NCBI GenBank assembly: GCA_003450815.1
Contig: DMES01000078.1
Location: 175 to 64,174, forward strand
From: Elusimicrobiota bacterium
GTDB taxonomy: Bacteria; Elusimicrobiota; Elusimicrobia; Elusimicrobiales; UBA9959
Direction: 5' to 3'
DNA length: 64,000 nt
The notes below the pieces were generated by a model. That model had not been told where the DNA came from. It made no database searches and saw only the letters and a program-made list of their open reading frames with translations. This document shows positions 51,344 through 59,977 of this stretch, piece after piece; position 1 is the stretch's first letter; every line of letters begins with the position of its first letter. A program made the translations under genes and the position numbers.

Positions 51344-52465
51344 ATGGCGGAGACATTGGAGTTTAAAGACGCGGGTAATAAGCTTGAGCGGCTTGAAGCC
51401 GCGCTTTCCGCTTCGTCGGCGCTTTTCGGCCTGGCGGCTAAAAAAACGGATTTAAAAGAGAAAGAGGCCGTTTCGCTTGAGGCCGGATTCTGGGATAAGG
51501 CGGAACAGGCCCAGGTGCATCTAAAAGAATTGAACGATTTAAAAAAGGGCGTTGAACTGGTGGATAAACTGGGGCGCGAGCTGGAGGACTGCCGGGCGCA
51601 CCTGGAGCTTGCCAGGGAAAGCGGCGACCTGGGCGAGCTGCCGCTTATAATGGAGGCGCTAAAGTCCGCCGAACAGAAGCTAAGCGCTTTTGATTTTGAA
51701 CTTAAACTTTCCGGTCCCCACGACAAAGCCAGCGCCATTATAAGCATACACTCGGGCGCCGGCGGCACCGAGGCCTGCGACTGGGCGCAGATGCTGCTTC
51801 GCATGTACACGCGCTGGGCGCAAAGCAAAGGTTTTTCTTTCAGCATCACGGACATTCTGCAGGGCGAGGAAGCCGGCGTAAAAAGTGTTACCGCTTTTGT
51901 GAACGGCAAATACGCTTATGGGTACCTTAGGAGCGAAATAGGCGTGCACCGCCTGGTGCGCATCTCGCCTTTTGACGCCAATAAGCGCCGCCATACCTCG
52001 TTCGCCTCGGTTGACGTGCTAGCGGATATTGATGAGGAGATAGATATTAAAATAGACGAAAAAGACCTGCATACCGACACCTACCGCTCAGGCGGGGCGG
52101 GCGGCCAGAACGTGAACAAGGTGGAAACCGCGGTGCGCATAACGCATATCCCCTCCGGCATAGTGGTGCAGTGCCAGATAGAGCGCAGCCAGCATCAGAA
52201 CCGCGAAACCGCCATGAAGATGCTGAAAGCCAAACTTTACGAAGTTGAAATGGACAAAAAACGCTCAGAAATGGAGCGCCACTACGACGCCAAAGGCGAC
52301 ATCGGCTGGGGCCATCAGATACGCTCCTACGTGTTCATGCCCTACCAGATGGTAAAAGACCTGCGCACCGATCACGAGACTTCACAGATCCAGAATGTAA
52401 TGGACGGCGACCTGGACTCTTTCATGCACTCCTACCTAACCTGGTCCGCCGGTGGGAAAAAATAA
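51344..52465 (+). CDS. prfB: peptide chain release factor 2 (uninterrupted frame, no programmed +1 frameshift)
   Basis: SPF tripeptide (RISPFD) and GGQ ([11 protein letters not shown]). 373 aa, continuous from the ATG at 51344. Confidence 0.93.
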   Translation: MAETLEFKDAGNKLERLEAALSASSALFGLAAKKTDLKEKEAVSLEAGFWDKAEQAQVHLKELNDLKKGVELVDKLGRELEDCRAHLELARESGDLGELPLIMEALKSAEQKLSAFDFELKLSGPHDKASAIISIHSGAGGTEACDWAQMLLRMYTRWAQSKGFSFSITDILQGEEAGVKSVTAFVNGKYAYGYLRSEIGVHRLVRISPFDANKRRHTSFASVDVLADIDEEIDIKIDEKDLHTDTYRSGGAGGQNVNKVETAVRITHIPSGIVVQCQIERSQHQNRETAMKMLKAKLYEVEMDKKRSEMERHYDAKGDIGWGHQIRSYVFMPYQMVKDLRTDHETSQIQNVMDGDLDSFMHSYLTWSAGGKK

Positions 52466-52884
52466 AATACAACAAAATTCTTCCTGGCGAGCGTTTATAC
52501 AAAGACGAGATTTTATTGAAGTCGGCGGGGTATGATGTTGAAATAGTCGGGGCCGAGCTTTTAGGCCGGGATGGCTCCACATTAAACGGGCCGGTATTTA
52601 TTTACGATGTTAGGGAACTAAGGGAAAAGGCAGGAGCCTTTTCCCTACATACGTTGACGGTGTTTTTTATGGTGCCGGGAATTTGAACGGCGGTGCAGGT
52701 GTATCTGGATCTTGCCGGCTATTAAGGAAGAGGCGCGGAAGCTGCGGCTGGAAATCCTTAAAAATCTCATAAAATCATCATGATAAGCAAAAATAGCGCT
52801 CCTGAAAAGCACATAGGGCCTTCCATCAGCATCAGTGCAATTTCGCTATGGATTTAATAGAATTGACTCAGTTCAGGGAAGTTT

Positions 52885-54408
52885 ATGAGACCTATCCGCA
52901 TATTCATAAGCAGTGCGCAAAAGGAATTTGCAACTGAACGGGCCGCGTTGCGCGATTATCTGCGCGGCGATGCCCTTATGCGCCGGTTTTTTGAACCGTT
53001 TTTGTTTGAGGATGTCCCCGCTGCCGATCGCAGGGTGGACAAAGTCTACCTGCATGAAGTGGAACAGTGCGACATCTACCTCGGCTTATTCGGCAACGAG
53101 TACGGGTTTGAGGACGCCGACGGCCTTTCACCAACAGAGCGCGAATTTAATACCGCCTCCGGGCTGCATAAGGCGCGGCTAATCTTTGTAAAAGGGGCGG
53201 AGGATGGAGCCAAACATCCAAAGATGCAGGCACTCATCCTCCGAGCCGGGTCGGAACTCATTCGGCGCCGGTTTGGAACGAGCGCGGAACTGCTCACTGA
53301 CGTTTATTCCGCGCTGGTGCAGGTGCTTGAAGACCGGGAACTGATCCGTACCGGGCCGTTCGATGCTGCTCTTTGTCCCGGGGCTGCGCTGGAGGATCTG
53401 GATGAAGGAAAAATGCGGCGGTTCATTCTTGATGCCCGCCGTGCCAGAGGCCTCCCGCTGAGCGAGGAGGCCTCTCCAAAAGATATTCTGACCCACTTAA
53501 ACCTTCTTGATAATGGTGGGGTGGTGAACGCCGCCGTGCTATTGTTCGCGCGGCAGCCGCAACGGTTTCTGGTCTCCTCGGAAGTGAAGTGCGCACATTT
53601 CCACGGCATTGAGGCAACAAAACCGATACCTTCCTATCAGACATACAAAGGTACGGTATTTGATTTAGTGGACCATGCGGTGGATTTCGTCTTATCGAAG
53701 ATCAATCTTGCCGTTGGCACGAGGGCGAACAGTTCGCAGGCGCCTGTTGCATATGAGATACCCCCGGAAGTTGTTCGCGAAGCTGTCGTTAATGCCGTGG
53801 CGCACCGGGATTACACCAGCAACGGCAGTGTCCAGATTATGCTCTTTTCCGACCGGCTGGAGGTCTGGAATCCGGGCACTCTGCCGCCTTCGCTTACGCT
53901 GAAGAAACTGCGTCACCCGCATGGCTCGGTGCCATGGAATCCCCTGCTGGCTGAACCGCTTTACCTCACGAAATACATAGAACGTATGGGCACCGGCACG
54001 GGGGATATGATCATGCGCTGCCGGAATGCGGGTCTTGCCGAGCCGGAGTTTGGCCTGACCGACGGCTTTGTAGTCACCATCCGCCGCAAGCCGGAGCAGG
54101 CATTTGAGGCGGTTGGGGGAGAGAAGAGTCAATCCAGGGGCAAGTCACAGCCAGAGTCACAGCCAGAGTCACAGCCAGAGTCCTTGGAAATTCGGATTTT
54201 GCGCCAGCTTGCGGCAGCTCCTTTAGGAAAGGCTGAGTTGTCTGCACGCCTCGGCCAAAAGGAAATTTCAGGCCAGTTAAACAAGGTTATTCGCGTTCTC
54301 CTGGGTGATCAAACCATCGAAATGACCACCCCCGACAAGCCCAATAGCCGTCTGCAGCAGTACCGACTCACCGAGACAGGCCGCGCCTTGCTCACAAGGA
54401 AGAACTGA
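52885..54408 (+). CDS. DUF4062-like N-domain fused to a COG2865-type (RecG-like HATPase_c_4) region and C-terminal winged-helix
   Basis: The N-terminus IRIFISSAQKEFATERAALRDYL fits the DUF4062 pattern. The central AVLLFARQPQRF...VVREAVVNAVAHRDYTSNGSVQIMLFSDRLEVWNPGTL fits the COG2865 core. An SQPE x3 linker precedes a wHTH-like tail. Confidence 0.7.
   Translation: MRPIRIFISSAQKEFATERAALRDYLRGDALMRRFFEPFLFEDVPAADRRVDKVYLHEVEQCDIYLGLFGNEYGFEDADGLSPTEREFNTASGLHKARLIFVKGAEDGAKHPKMQALILRAGSELIRRRFGTSAELLTDVYSALVQVLEDRELIRTGPFDAALCPGAALEDLDEGKMRRFILDARRARGLPLSEEASPKDILTHLNLLDNGGVVNAAVLLFARQPQRFLVSSEVKCAHFHGIEATKPIPSYQTYKGTVFDLVDHAVDFVLSKINLAVGTRANSSQAPVAYEIPPEVVREAVVNAVAHRDYTSNGSVQIMLFSDRLEVWNPGTLPPSLTLKKLRHPHGSVPWNPLLAEPLYLTKYIERMGTGTGDMIMRCRNAGLAEPEFGLTDGFVVTIRRKPEQAFEAVGGEKSQSRGKSQPESQPESQPESLEIRILRQLAAAPLGKAELSARLGQKEISGQLNKVIRVLLGDQTIEMTTPDKPNSRLQQYRLTETGRALLTRKN
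54145..54180 (+). repeat. perfect 12-bp x3 tandem repeat (TCACAGCCAGAG) encoding SQPESQPESQPE
   Basis: Read directly. It forms the linker between the HATPase_c_4-like region and the C-terminal wHTH. Confidence 0.95.
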
Positions 54409-54721
54409 ACAATTATCCCGGCGGCCTTGACGCGCCGGCGGCGGAGATAAAAAAGCATATCTCCAATAAGCTGGTCCGGGAAGGCTTTGAAAAATATCGG
54501 ACAAATTCGCCTCTGAAAAGCACATAGGCCCCAAAATGGCGGCGGACTTTGAGGAAATTCCGGTCGGCGGACAGCGCAATATGCTGCTGCGCGGCGCTTA
54601 TAAAAAGTTGATTATTTGTTGACGGTGAAGGGCTTCTAGTGATAAAAATGTATTATAAGTATAAGCCCTTAATATGCTTGTTTAGAATATTTAAGGGGAA
54701 AGGACACAGGCGGAAACTGTT

Positions 54722-54934
54722 ATGAGATACAAAAAATCACTGGATGCGGAGAATGATTTTAAGCAGGAATTTTCAAGTGTGCGGAAACGGCAGTATAATG
54801 AGGTGTGGGAATTTATTGAAAAAGAGGGCAAAGAGAAATTTACTTTGGATGTATGGGAGAGGATGTATAAAAAGTATAAAAACCTGTATATAAAAACCAA
54901 CAAGAGCTTTGTGGATAATATGCATAAAACTTAA
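54722..54934 (+). CDS. hypothetical small Lys/Glu-rich protein
   Basis: 70-aa ORF at the start of the AT-rich segment. Weak RBS. Confidence 0.35.
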   Translation: MRYKKSLDAENDFKQEFSSVRKRQYNEVWEFIEKEGKEKFTLDVWERMYKKYKNLYIKTNKSFVDNMHKT

Positions 54935-54980
54935 AATTAAATACGCGCCGAAGCGAGGATATGGAGTCAAGAGGAGATTT

Positions 54981-55388
54981 ATGGATAAACAAATTGAAAT
55001 TCTGAAATTTCTAAAAAGTCGTAGAATAGTACTCATTGATAAGCTAACTGAGAATAAAGAGGCAATACCAGGCTCAAAAACTGAATTGCTAGGTGAAATA
55101 ATATTTGGCAAAGCGAATCTTGCCGATGTAAGCATTACTGAGATATTTTCTAAATGTGACTTAGATATTAACGGGCCACATGATATAGGATATTTAGAGG
55201 AAAAAGGGTATGCTACCATTGACAAGGCTAAAAATACTATGCATATTACTGGACTAGGTCTTGACCGATTACAGCCTTTCCTCAAAAGAGAACGACATAA
55301 TATTTGGGTGTATGGAGTTTTAGCTACCATCTCGGTAACACTTGGTTCTTTTTTTGCAAATTGGCTTTTTGATTTTTTTAAAAAGTAA
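54981..55388 (+). CDS. hypothetical protein: wHTH-like N-terminus plus C-terminal TM helix
   Basis: The ATG at 54981 is preceded by GAGGAG. MDKQIEILKFLKSRRIVLIDKL resembles a MarR/wHTH start. C-terminal helix IWVYGVLATISVTLGSFFANWLF. Confidence 0.5.
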   Translation: MDKQIEILKFLKSRRIVLIDKLTENKEAIPGSKTELLGEIIFGKANLADVSITEIFSKCDLDINGPHDIGYLEEKGYATIDKAKNTMHITGLGLDRLQPFLKRERHNIWVYGVLATISVTLGSFFANWLFDFFKK

Positions 55389-55434
55389 ATCTATAAGGGG
55401 GGGATTTGGGTGGAGCCAAACTCAACAATAAAAT

Positions 55435-55815
55435 ATGGACAAAACAGATGACGAAGATATACTTTCCGAGAGTTTGTTGAACTTACTTAACGATGGAAAA
55501 ATGTCTGCACACCAACCCATTGTGGGGTTTCGTAGAACCGCAGAACTCCTTTATGGAAAATGGAATACGTCAATAATTATGAGAAAGGAAGACGCTGAAA
55601 AACACAAAAAACCACATGTACATGTCGAATCTTCAGATGGAAATACAAGTTTTGATTTAGACGGAAATAATTTGACTTCTAATACAATAAAAAAAGAAAA
55701 CTACTTCTCTCGATGGATAAAAGAAAAGAAACAGTTTTTATCCGTAATCTGGTTTGAACTGGCCGATGATAATCCTAATAAAGTGGTTATACAAGAGCAG
55801 AAGCGGTTCTTATAA
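55435..55815 (+). CDS. DUF4160-like protein
   Basis: KKPHVHVESSDGNTSFDLDGNNL...RWIKEKKQFLSVIW matches the DUF4160 PHxHV...W pattern. The start is uncertain (alternative ATG at 55501). Confidence 0.5.
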   Translation: MDKTDDEDILSESLLNLLNDGKMSAHQPIVGFRRTAELLYGKWNTSIIMRKEDAEKHKKPHVHVESSDGNTSFDLDGNNLTSNTIKKENYFSRWIKEKKQFLSVIWFELADDNPNKVVIQEQKRFL

Positions 55816-55913
55816 TTGATAATAATTAAACGGTGGTTGTATTGTCATATTGCAAGAATATTAAATGTTTTTTGTGTTATGTTGTTACAATGAGCGGGTA
55901 ATGGGACATATAT

Positions 55914-56654
55914 ATGAAAGAAGGCGATAACAATGTCGAGTTTAGGCCCGTGTGTAAGGATACTCCGGAAGAATTTACTGATTTTTTAGCGAATTTAAAG
56001 GACCCGACGGAGCCGGAAAAGCATAATAGCGCCTGGACAAGGTTGTGGACTCAGATTAAGATATGGGCTAACGGGTGTATTAGAAAAGTCTTTGGGGCCA
56101 CTGAGGAAGATGCTGAGGATTTAACCAGTAAGGTGATGAGTACTGTTTTTGCAAAAATATATGAGTTTGAAATTCAGGACAAAAAGCACTGTGCACTGCA
56201 ATTTTGCGGGTATATTAATAGATTCGTTATAAATATTTGGATGAAGATTAAAGGTAGCAAGTTTACCAAAAGAAAATTGAAAGGGTCGGATAAAGAAAAC
56301 GCAGCGGAGGAAGGTGGGATAAGGAGAGAGGCAGCGGAAGAACAGTATCAACGCGACGTTGAGGTTTTAGATGATAAAGGTGATAAATCGGACCCGGCTG
56401 CTATTTTGTATAGCACAAGGAAGATTCAATCGGGTTTTTACTATTTGGATTTATTCGCTAAGCAGAGCGCCGTAAAAGCTTGGGTCCTAAGGAAGGCGGC
56501 ATTTTTGATAATAACGGATCCGGAATTTACACTTAGCCGGGATGTTAAACGGCGGTTGTCGGTTAGCCGTGAAACGCTGTGGCGCGATTGTAAGGAGTTT
56601 GCTGAATTTGTACGGAACCAACCCGGAAGTAAGGAAGAGGGGCTTTATGACTGA
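55914..56654 (+). CDS. sigma-70 family (ECF-like) sigma factor candidate
   Basis: Region-2-like segment AWTRLWTQIKIWANGCIRKVFGATEEDAEDLTSKVMSTVFAKIYEF...YINRFVINIWM. Region-4-like HTH tail RRLSVSRETLWRDCKEFAEFV. Motif-level recognition only. Confidence 0.55.
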   Translation: MKEGDNNVEFRPVCKDTPEEFTDFLANLKDPTEPEKHNSAWTRLWTQIKIWANGCIRKVFGATEEDAEDLTSKVMSTVFAKIYEFEIQDKKHCALQFCGYINRFVINIWMKIKGSKFTKRKLKGSDKENAAEEGGIRREAAEEQYQRDVEVLDDKGDKSDPAAILYSTRKIQSGFYYLDLFAKQSAVKAWVLRKAAFLIITDPEFTLSRDVKRRLSVSRETLWRDCKEFAEFVRNQPGSKEEGLYD

Positions 56655-57195
56655 GGATAATGAGAAAAAAGAGTTTTATCAACGACTGATTGATATCGTA
56701 GGTGAGCGGGAGGTTGGGATAATTTTACCTTCTCATAAGGTGGGGAAATGCGATGAAGGCCTGATAATCAGCTATCTCTCAGGCGGGATGCCGCCGGCAA
56801 AAATGAAAGTTGCAGAGGAAAAGATATTCTCCTGCAGCAAATGTACCCTGCTTGCCATAGAATTAGCAAGGGCGACGGAAGGCATAAAAGATGATTGCCC
56901 CCAGGGAACAAAACTGGATCATGAGGGGTTCGTGCGCTGGCGTGAGCGTTTTGAGAAAGAGCATTTATATACAGTAAATAAAAAATATGGAAAGACAGAC
57001 CTAAAGTTTACCGCAAATGGGTGGGATGCGAGGATTGATAACGCTAAAGAAGACTTTCGGGTTAGGGTCGGTAAAAAAACATACGCGCCTACTAATGACG
57101 GGATTATTACCTACCCGGATACTCCGGATGCCGTGCTTGAATCTGCAGATGGGCCGACCGTTAATATACATGAATTCTCTGGGGGGCGTAAATGA
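56647..57195 (+). CDS. hypothetical cytoplasmic Cys-containing protein, anti-sigma-like by position
   Basis: Overlaps the sigma-like ORF by 8 nt and the STAND gene by 4 nt. Cys cluster C-x27-C-x2-C (GKCDEG...FSCSKC) sits where zf-HC2 anti-sigma proteins carry theirs, but the canonical His is absent. No TM helix. Confidence 0.4.
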   Translation: MTEDNEKKEFYQRLIDIVGEREVGIILPSHKVGKCDEGLIISYLSGGMPPAKMKVAEEKIFSCSKCTLLAIELARATEGIKDDCPQGTKLDHEGFVRWRERFEKEHLYTVNKKYGKTDLKFTANGWDARIDNAKEDFRVRVGKKTYAPTNDGIITYPDTPDAVLESADGPTVNIHEFSGGRK

Positions 57196-59549
57196 TTCAA
57201 CGTATTGAACAGGAAATGGAAAAACTTTTGCTGGAGAAGCACGGCCTTGATTATCTTCTTAATAATGCCGCTGATGATATTGTTGCCAAGATAAAAAATA
57301 TGGAGAGTGGGGTGTTTTTAGTGGAGGGCTTGCCTGGCATAGGGAAGAGTGCCAGCATGAAGTATATTGCAAATGCCGTTGGCGCGCATAACCCAGAAAG
57401 AGTTGTTCATTTTTACTTCAGCTTGAATAATCCTGTTTTAGATAATGCGGATAATTATTATGAATACACCTGTGATAAAATCAGGATAATAATGGGAGTT
57501 GCAGATCCTGCCGTTCCACAAATTCAAACTTCAAGAAGGGAGAGGAAAGATTATAACGATTTCCAGCAATCCGTATTGGATTTGTCCTCCGCAATAGGCA
57601 AAGATGACGAGAAAAAAGTTTATTTTTTCATTGATGGTATAGAGGAGATGCGTGATTATAAAGAATTCCTTAGCTATATTCTTCCGGCTGAAGGTGTTAT
57701 CTATGTAATTTTTGCGCAACCAGGCGTTTGTAACGGAAGTTTGCCGGTAAATTTCCTTGAACACGGAAAAATAAAAAATCGGGTTGAAGTAAAATATCTC
57801 AATAAAACACACGCCAGGGAATTTTTCTGGAAAGTGTTTGGGAAAGCCCCAGATGCTGAATTTGATGTTTTTGAGTCTAAGGTGCGAGCGCATTTTGATA
57901 GTTATATTGAAACCGAGGAAAACCGTTGCCCATTATTGCTTAAGATTTTAGCCGAGGACGCAAAGGAGGATGGATTTAATCTAGATAGGGCTTGGGCTAT
58001 TGGGTTAGAAGGATATTTGGATGGGCGAGTTAAACTTTTTTCTGAGAATGCAAAAAAGCTTTTGGTTTTAGTGGCGCTAGCCAAAGGCCCGCTGCAGAGC
58101 GAAGACCTTGTTGAAATGACGGGTTTAAGCCGGGCGGTTTGCGATGGGGCACTTAACGAGGCGAAGAAATTTTTAATAATTAACGGCCAAGGTATTGTTA
58201 TATCCCATAATGTGTGGGCAAAATTAATTTCTGATAGATGGGGTGACAAGTCAAGTTATGAAGTGTATTTAACTTGGTGCGCCAATTGGAGCAACCCTTC
58301 CCTGCGCCAGGAAACAGCGGTATATATAGCTCGGCACTATGTGTTTCATGTCCTGGACTTTTCCGACAGATGGTCTGATGGCTCTGGAAGAGCAGAGGAA
58401 TTATTGCTTGAACTGTATAAGGACTCTGCTGATGAATATGTGGGCTTTCAGCTAAACACTTTATTCCCATTAGGTGAATCTTTGACTGATATTAGTCGCA
58501 TAGCTAAAAAAGCTTTTGTGAGAGTTTCCTCATCGCAAAAATTCAAACCGGAACTTGTGGTTACTTTGGTAGCGGTAATATGTCAGATAGAGGGATCAAA
58601 ACGTGCAGATTTTACAAGGGAGTATTTAAGCGCTGCGAACCGGAAGGGTATTGACAGTGAAATCGATAAAGGCATAATTCGTGAGGTAGCAACTTCTGTT
58701 TTAGCCATGATTGGATGCGATGAGGCCGGGCTCGTATGGGGATTGCTACCGATTGAGACGGGGGTGGATAAGAAATGGGATGATTCTCAGGCTCTATGTT
58801 ATCTGGTCTCAGAAAAGATCTTTAGAGAGATGCCTTCTGAAGAAAATAAGTTGCTAATATTTGATACTTTCTTGCAAAACACGAGGAGATGTTTAGAAGG
58901 TGACGCGGTGCGTTTAAAATCAGCTACGTGGCCTGAGAATGTTAAACTTGTTTACCAAGGTCTGCGTGTCTGGTTGAATATCTATGCAGCTTTTCAGCCG
59001 TGGTTGAAATTACCACATGATTCTAGAAATCCTAAGGTAAAAGTCTTAGCAAAGCATGGGGCTCAGTATGAACAAGGTATTCTGTTATGGGTAAATGCAC
59101 TTTTTAGATGTGCGAAACAAATATCTAAAGAAAAAAGCGGGATTTCTGGGGTGGAGCGTGAAATGCTTAATAGAATTCAGCGTGCAGGAATTCTTGCCCA
59201 ACTTAAAATAAAGCCAGTCATATGGAATATGGGGCCTAAAGGCGCAACCTGCAGAGCAGATGAGATTGTGTCTTTATCATGTATTATAATTTGTGAACAA
59301 GATGTTGTTGCAAGGCGTGCTGCTGCTGAGGGGTTGATTGAAATTGGTGATTCTACGGCTTGTGAGGCTTTGATTTATGGACTAAAGAATGATACAGATG
59401 TCCAAGTTCGCGCCCGATCCGCCACAGCTTTAGGTAAAATTGGTGATCCCTGTGCGCAAGAGCCGCTGATTGAAGCTATAAATGATGAATTTGAAGAGGT
59501 TCGAGTGGCTGTTAAAACGGCCCTTGAAAAACTCAGGCCTGCTAAATAG
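57192..59549 (+). CDS. STAND (NACHT-like) P-loop NTPase with C-terminal HEAT (PBS-lyase type) repeats, no N-terminal effector domain
   Basis: Walker A GLPGIGKSA at about aa 47. Walker B VYFFIDGIEEM. Long helical middle region. C-terminal repeats AAEGLIEIGDSTACEALIYGLKNDTDVQVRARSATALGKIGDPCAQEPLIEAINDEFEEVRVAV. Confidence 0.75.
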   Translation: MIQRIEQEMEKLLLEKHGLDYLLNNAADDIVAKIKNMESGVFLVEGLPGIGKSASMKYIANAVGAHNPERVVHFYFSLNNPVLDNADNYYEYTCDKIRIIMGVADPAVPQIQTSRRERKDYNDFQQSVLDLSSAIGKDDEKKVYFFIDGIEEMRDYKEFLSYILPAEGVIYVIFAQPGVCNGSLPVNFLEHGKIKNRVEVKYLNKTHAREFFWKVFGKAPDAEFDVFESKVRAHFDSYIETEENRCPLLLKILAEDAKEDGFNLDRAWAIGLEGYLDGRVKLFSENAKKLLVLVALAKGPLQSEDLVEMTGLSRAVCDGALNEAKKFLIINGQGIVISHNVWAKLISDRWGDKSSYEVYLTWCANWSNPSLRQETAVYIARHYVFHVLDFSDRWSDGSGRAEELLLELYKDSADEYVGFQLNTLFPLGESLTDISRIAKKAFVRVSSSQKFKPELVVTLVAVICQIEGSKRADFTREYLSAANRKGIDSEIDKGIIREVATSVLAMIGCDEAGLVWGLLPIETGVDKKWDDSQALCYLVSEKIFREMPSEENKLLIFDTFLQNTRRCLEGDAVRLKSATWPENVKLVYQGLRVWLNIYAAFQPWLKLPHDSRNPKVKVLAKHGAQYEQGILLWVNALFRCAKQISKEKSGISGVEREMLNRIQRAGILAQLKIKPVIWNMGPKGATCRADEIVSLSCIIICEQDVVARRAAAEGLIEIGDSTACEALIYGLKNDTDVQVRARSATALGKIGDPCAQEPLIEAINDEFEEVRVAVKTALEKLRPAK

Positions 59550-59642
59550 ACGGTTGCTGTAGATTATAGTCGCTTTTTAGACTATGATTCCCCAACATCC
59601 CCTCCTAAACGAACCATAAAAAACTAATAGCTGGAGTAACTT

Positions 59643-59685
59643 CCCCAGGCAGCAGTAAAATGCTGCCTGGGGCTGCTTTGTTTTG
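59643..59685 (+). terminator. rho-independent terminator after the STAND operon
   Basis: CCCCAGGCAGCA-gtaaaa-TGCTGCCTGGGG followed by CTGCTTTGTTTT. Confidence 0.85.
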
Positions 59686-59805
59686 GCATTAAGTTTCCGA
59701 AGAACCCATATAGACAAATAATTGGACAAAACACCCTGCAACAAAATAGCGTTAACCGGGAATATACAGGTAGAAGGGTAACGCTGAGAGGGTCTGGGGG
59801 ATGGT

Positions 59806-59977
59806 ACAAACTGGAAGCCGGCGACATATAGTGATAGGCAATTAAAACTTACGGAGGAATATATGAACACAAAACACCTTACAGTAGACACAAGCAATGC
59901 GGCCTGGGAGATTTTCGGGTTTGACCGGGAAATGCGGGGAAGTGAGCATCGCGTTACGGATAGCCAGCGCTCAAAAA
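59806..59977 (+). repeat. copy 1 of a ~170-bp tandem duplication (leader + first ~38 codons of the NYN gene)
   Basis: Aligns with 60073-60245 at a 267-268 nt offset, with by-eye identity of roughly 80%. The first 26 nt (ACAAACTGGAAGCCGGCGACATATAG) are identical. Confidence 0.85.

Noticed and set aside
51085-51909. 274-aa minus-strand ORF
   Set aside because: It is antisense to prfB. The product is Ser/Ala-rich and low-complexity. prfB carries the SPF and GGQ motifs on the other strand.
52466-52884. Search for a tRNA, tmRNA or att site at the left edge of the island
   Set aside because: No cloverleaf could be folded. Only a 10-bp hairpin (52621-52646) is present, most simply explained as the prfB terminator.
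54619-54648. Sigma-70-like promoter (TTGACG, then TG-n-TAAAAA after an 18-nt spacer) before the first AT-rich-segment ORF
   Set aside because: It is plausible, but AT-rich DNA yields many such matches by chance. It is mentioned only as a hint and is not listed as a feature.
59806-59835. Possible sigma-54 -24/-12 promoter (TGGAAGC...GCAT) in the island leader element
   Set aside because: Only copy C (62672-62690) has the GG-N10-GC spacing. Copies A and B are one nucleotide shorter and lack the GC at -12. The element is not consistently sigma-54-like.
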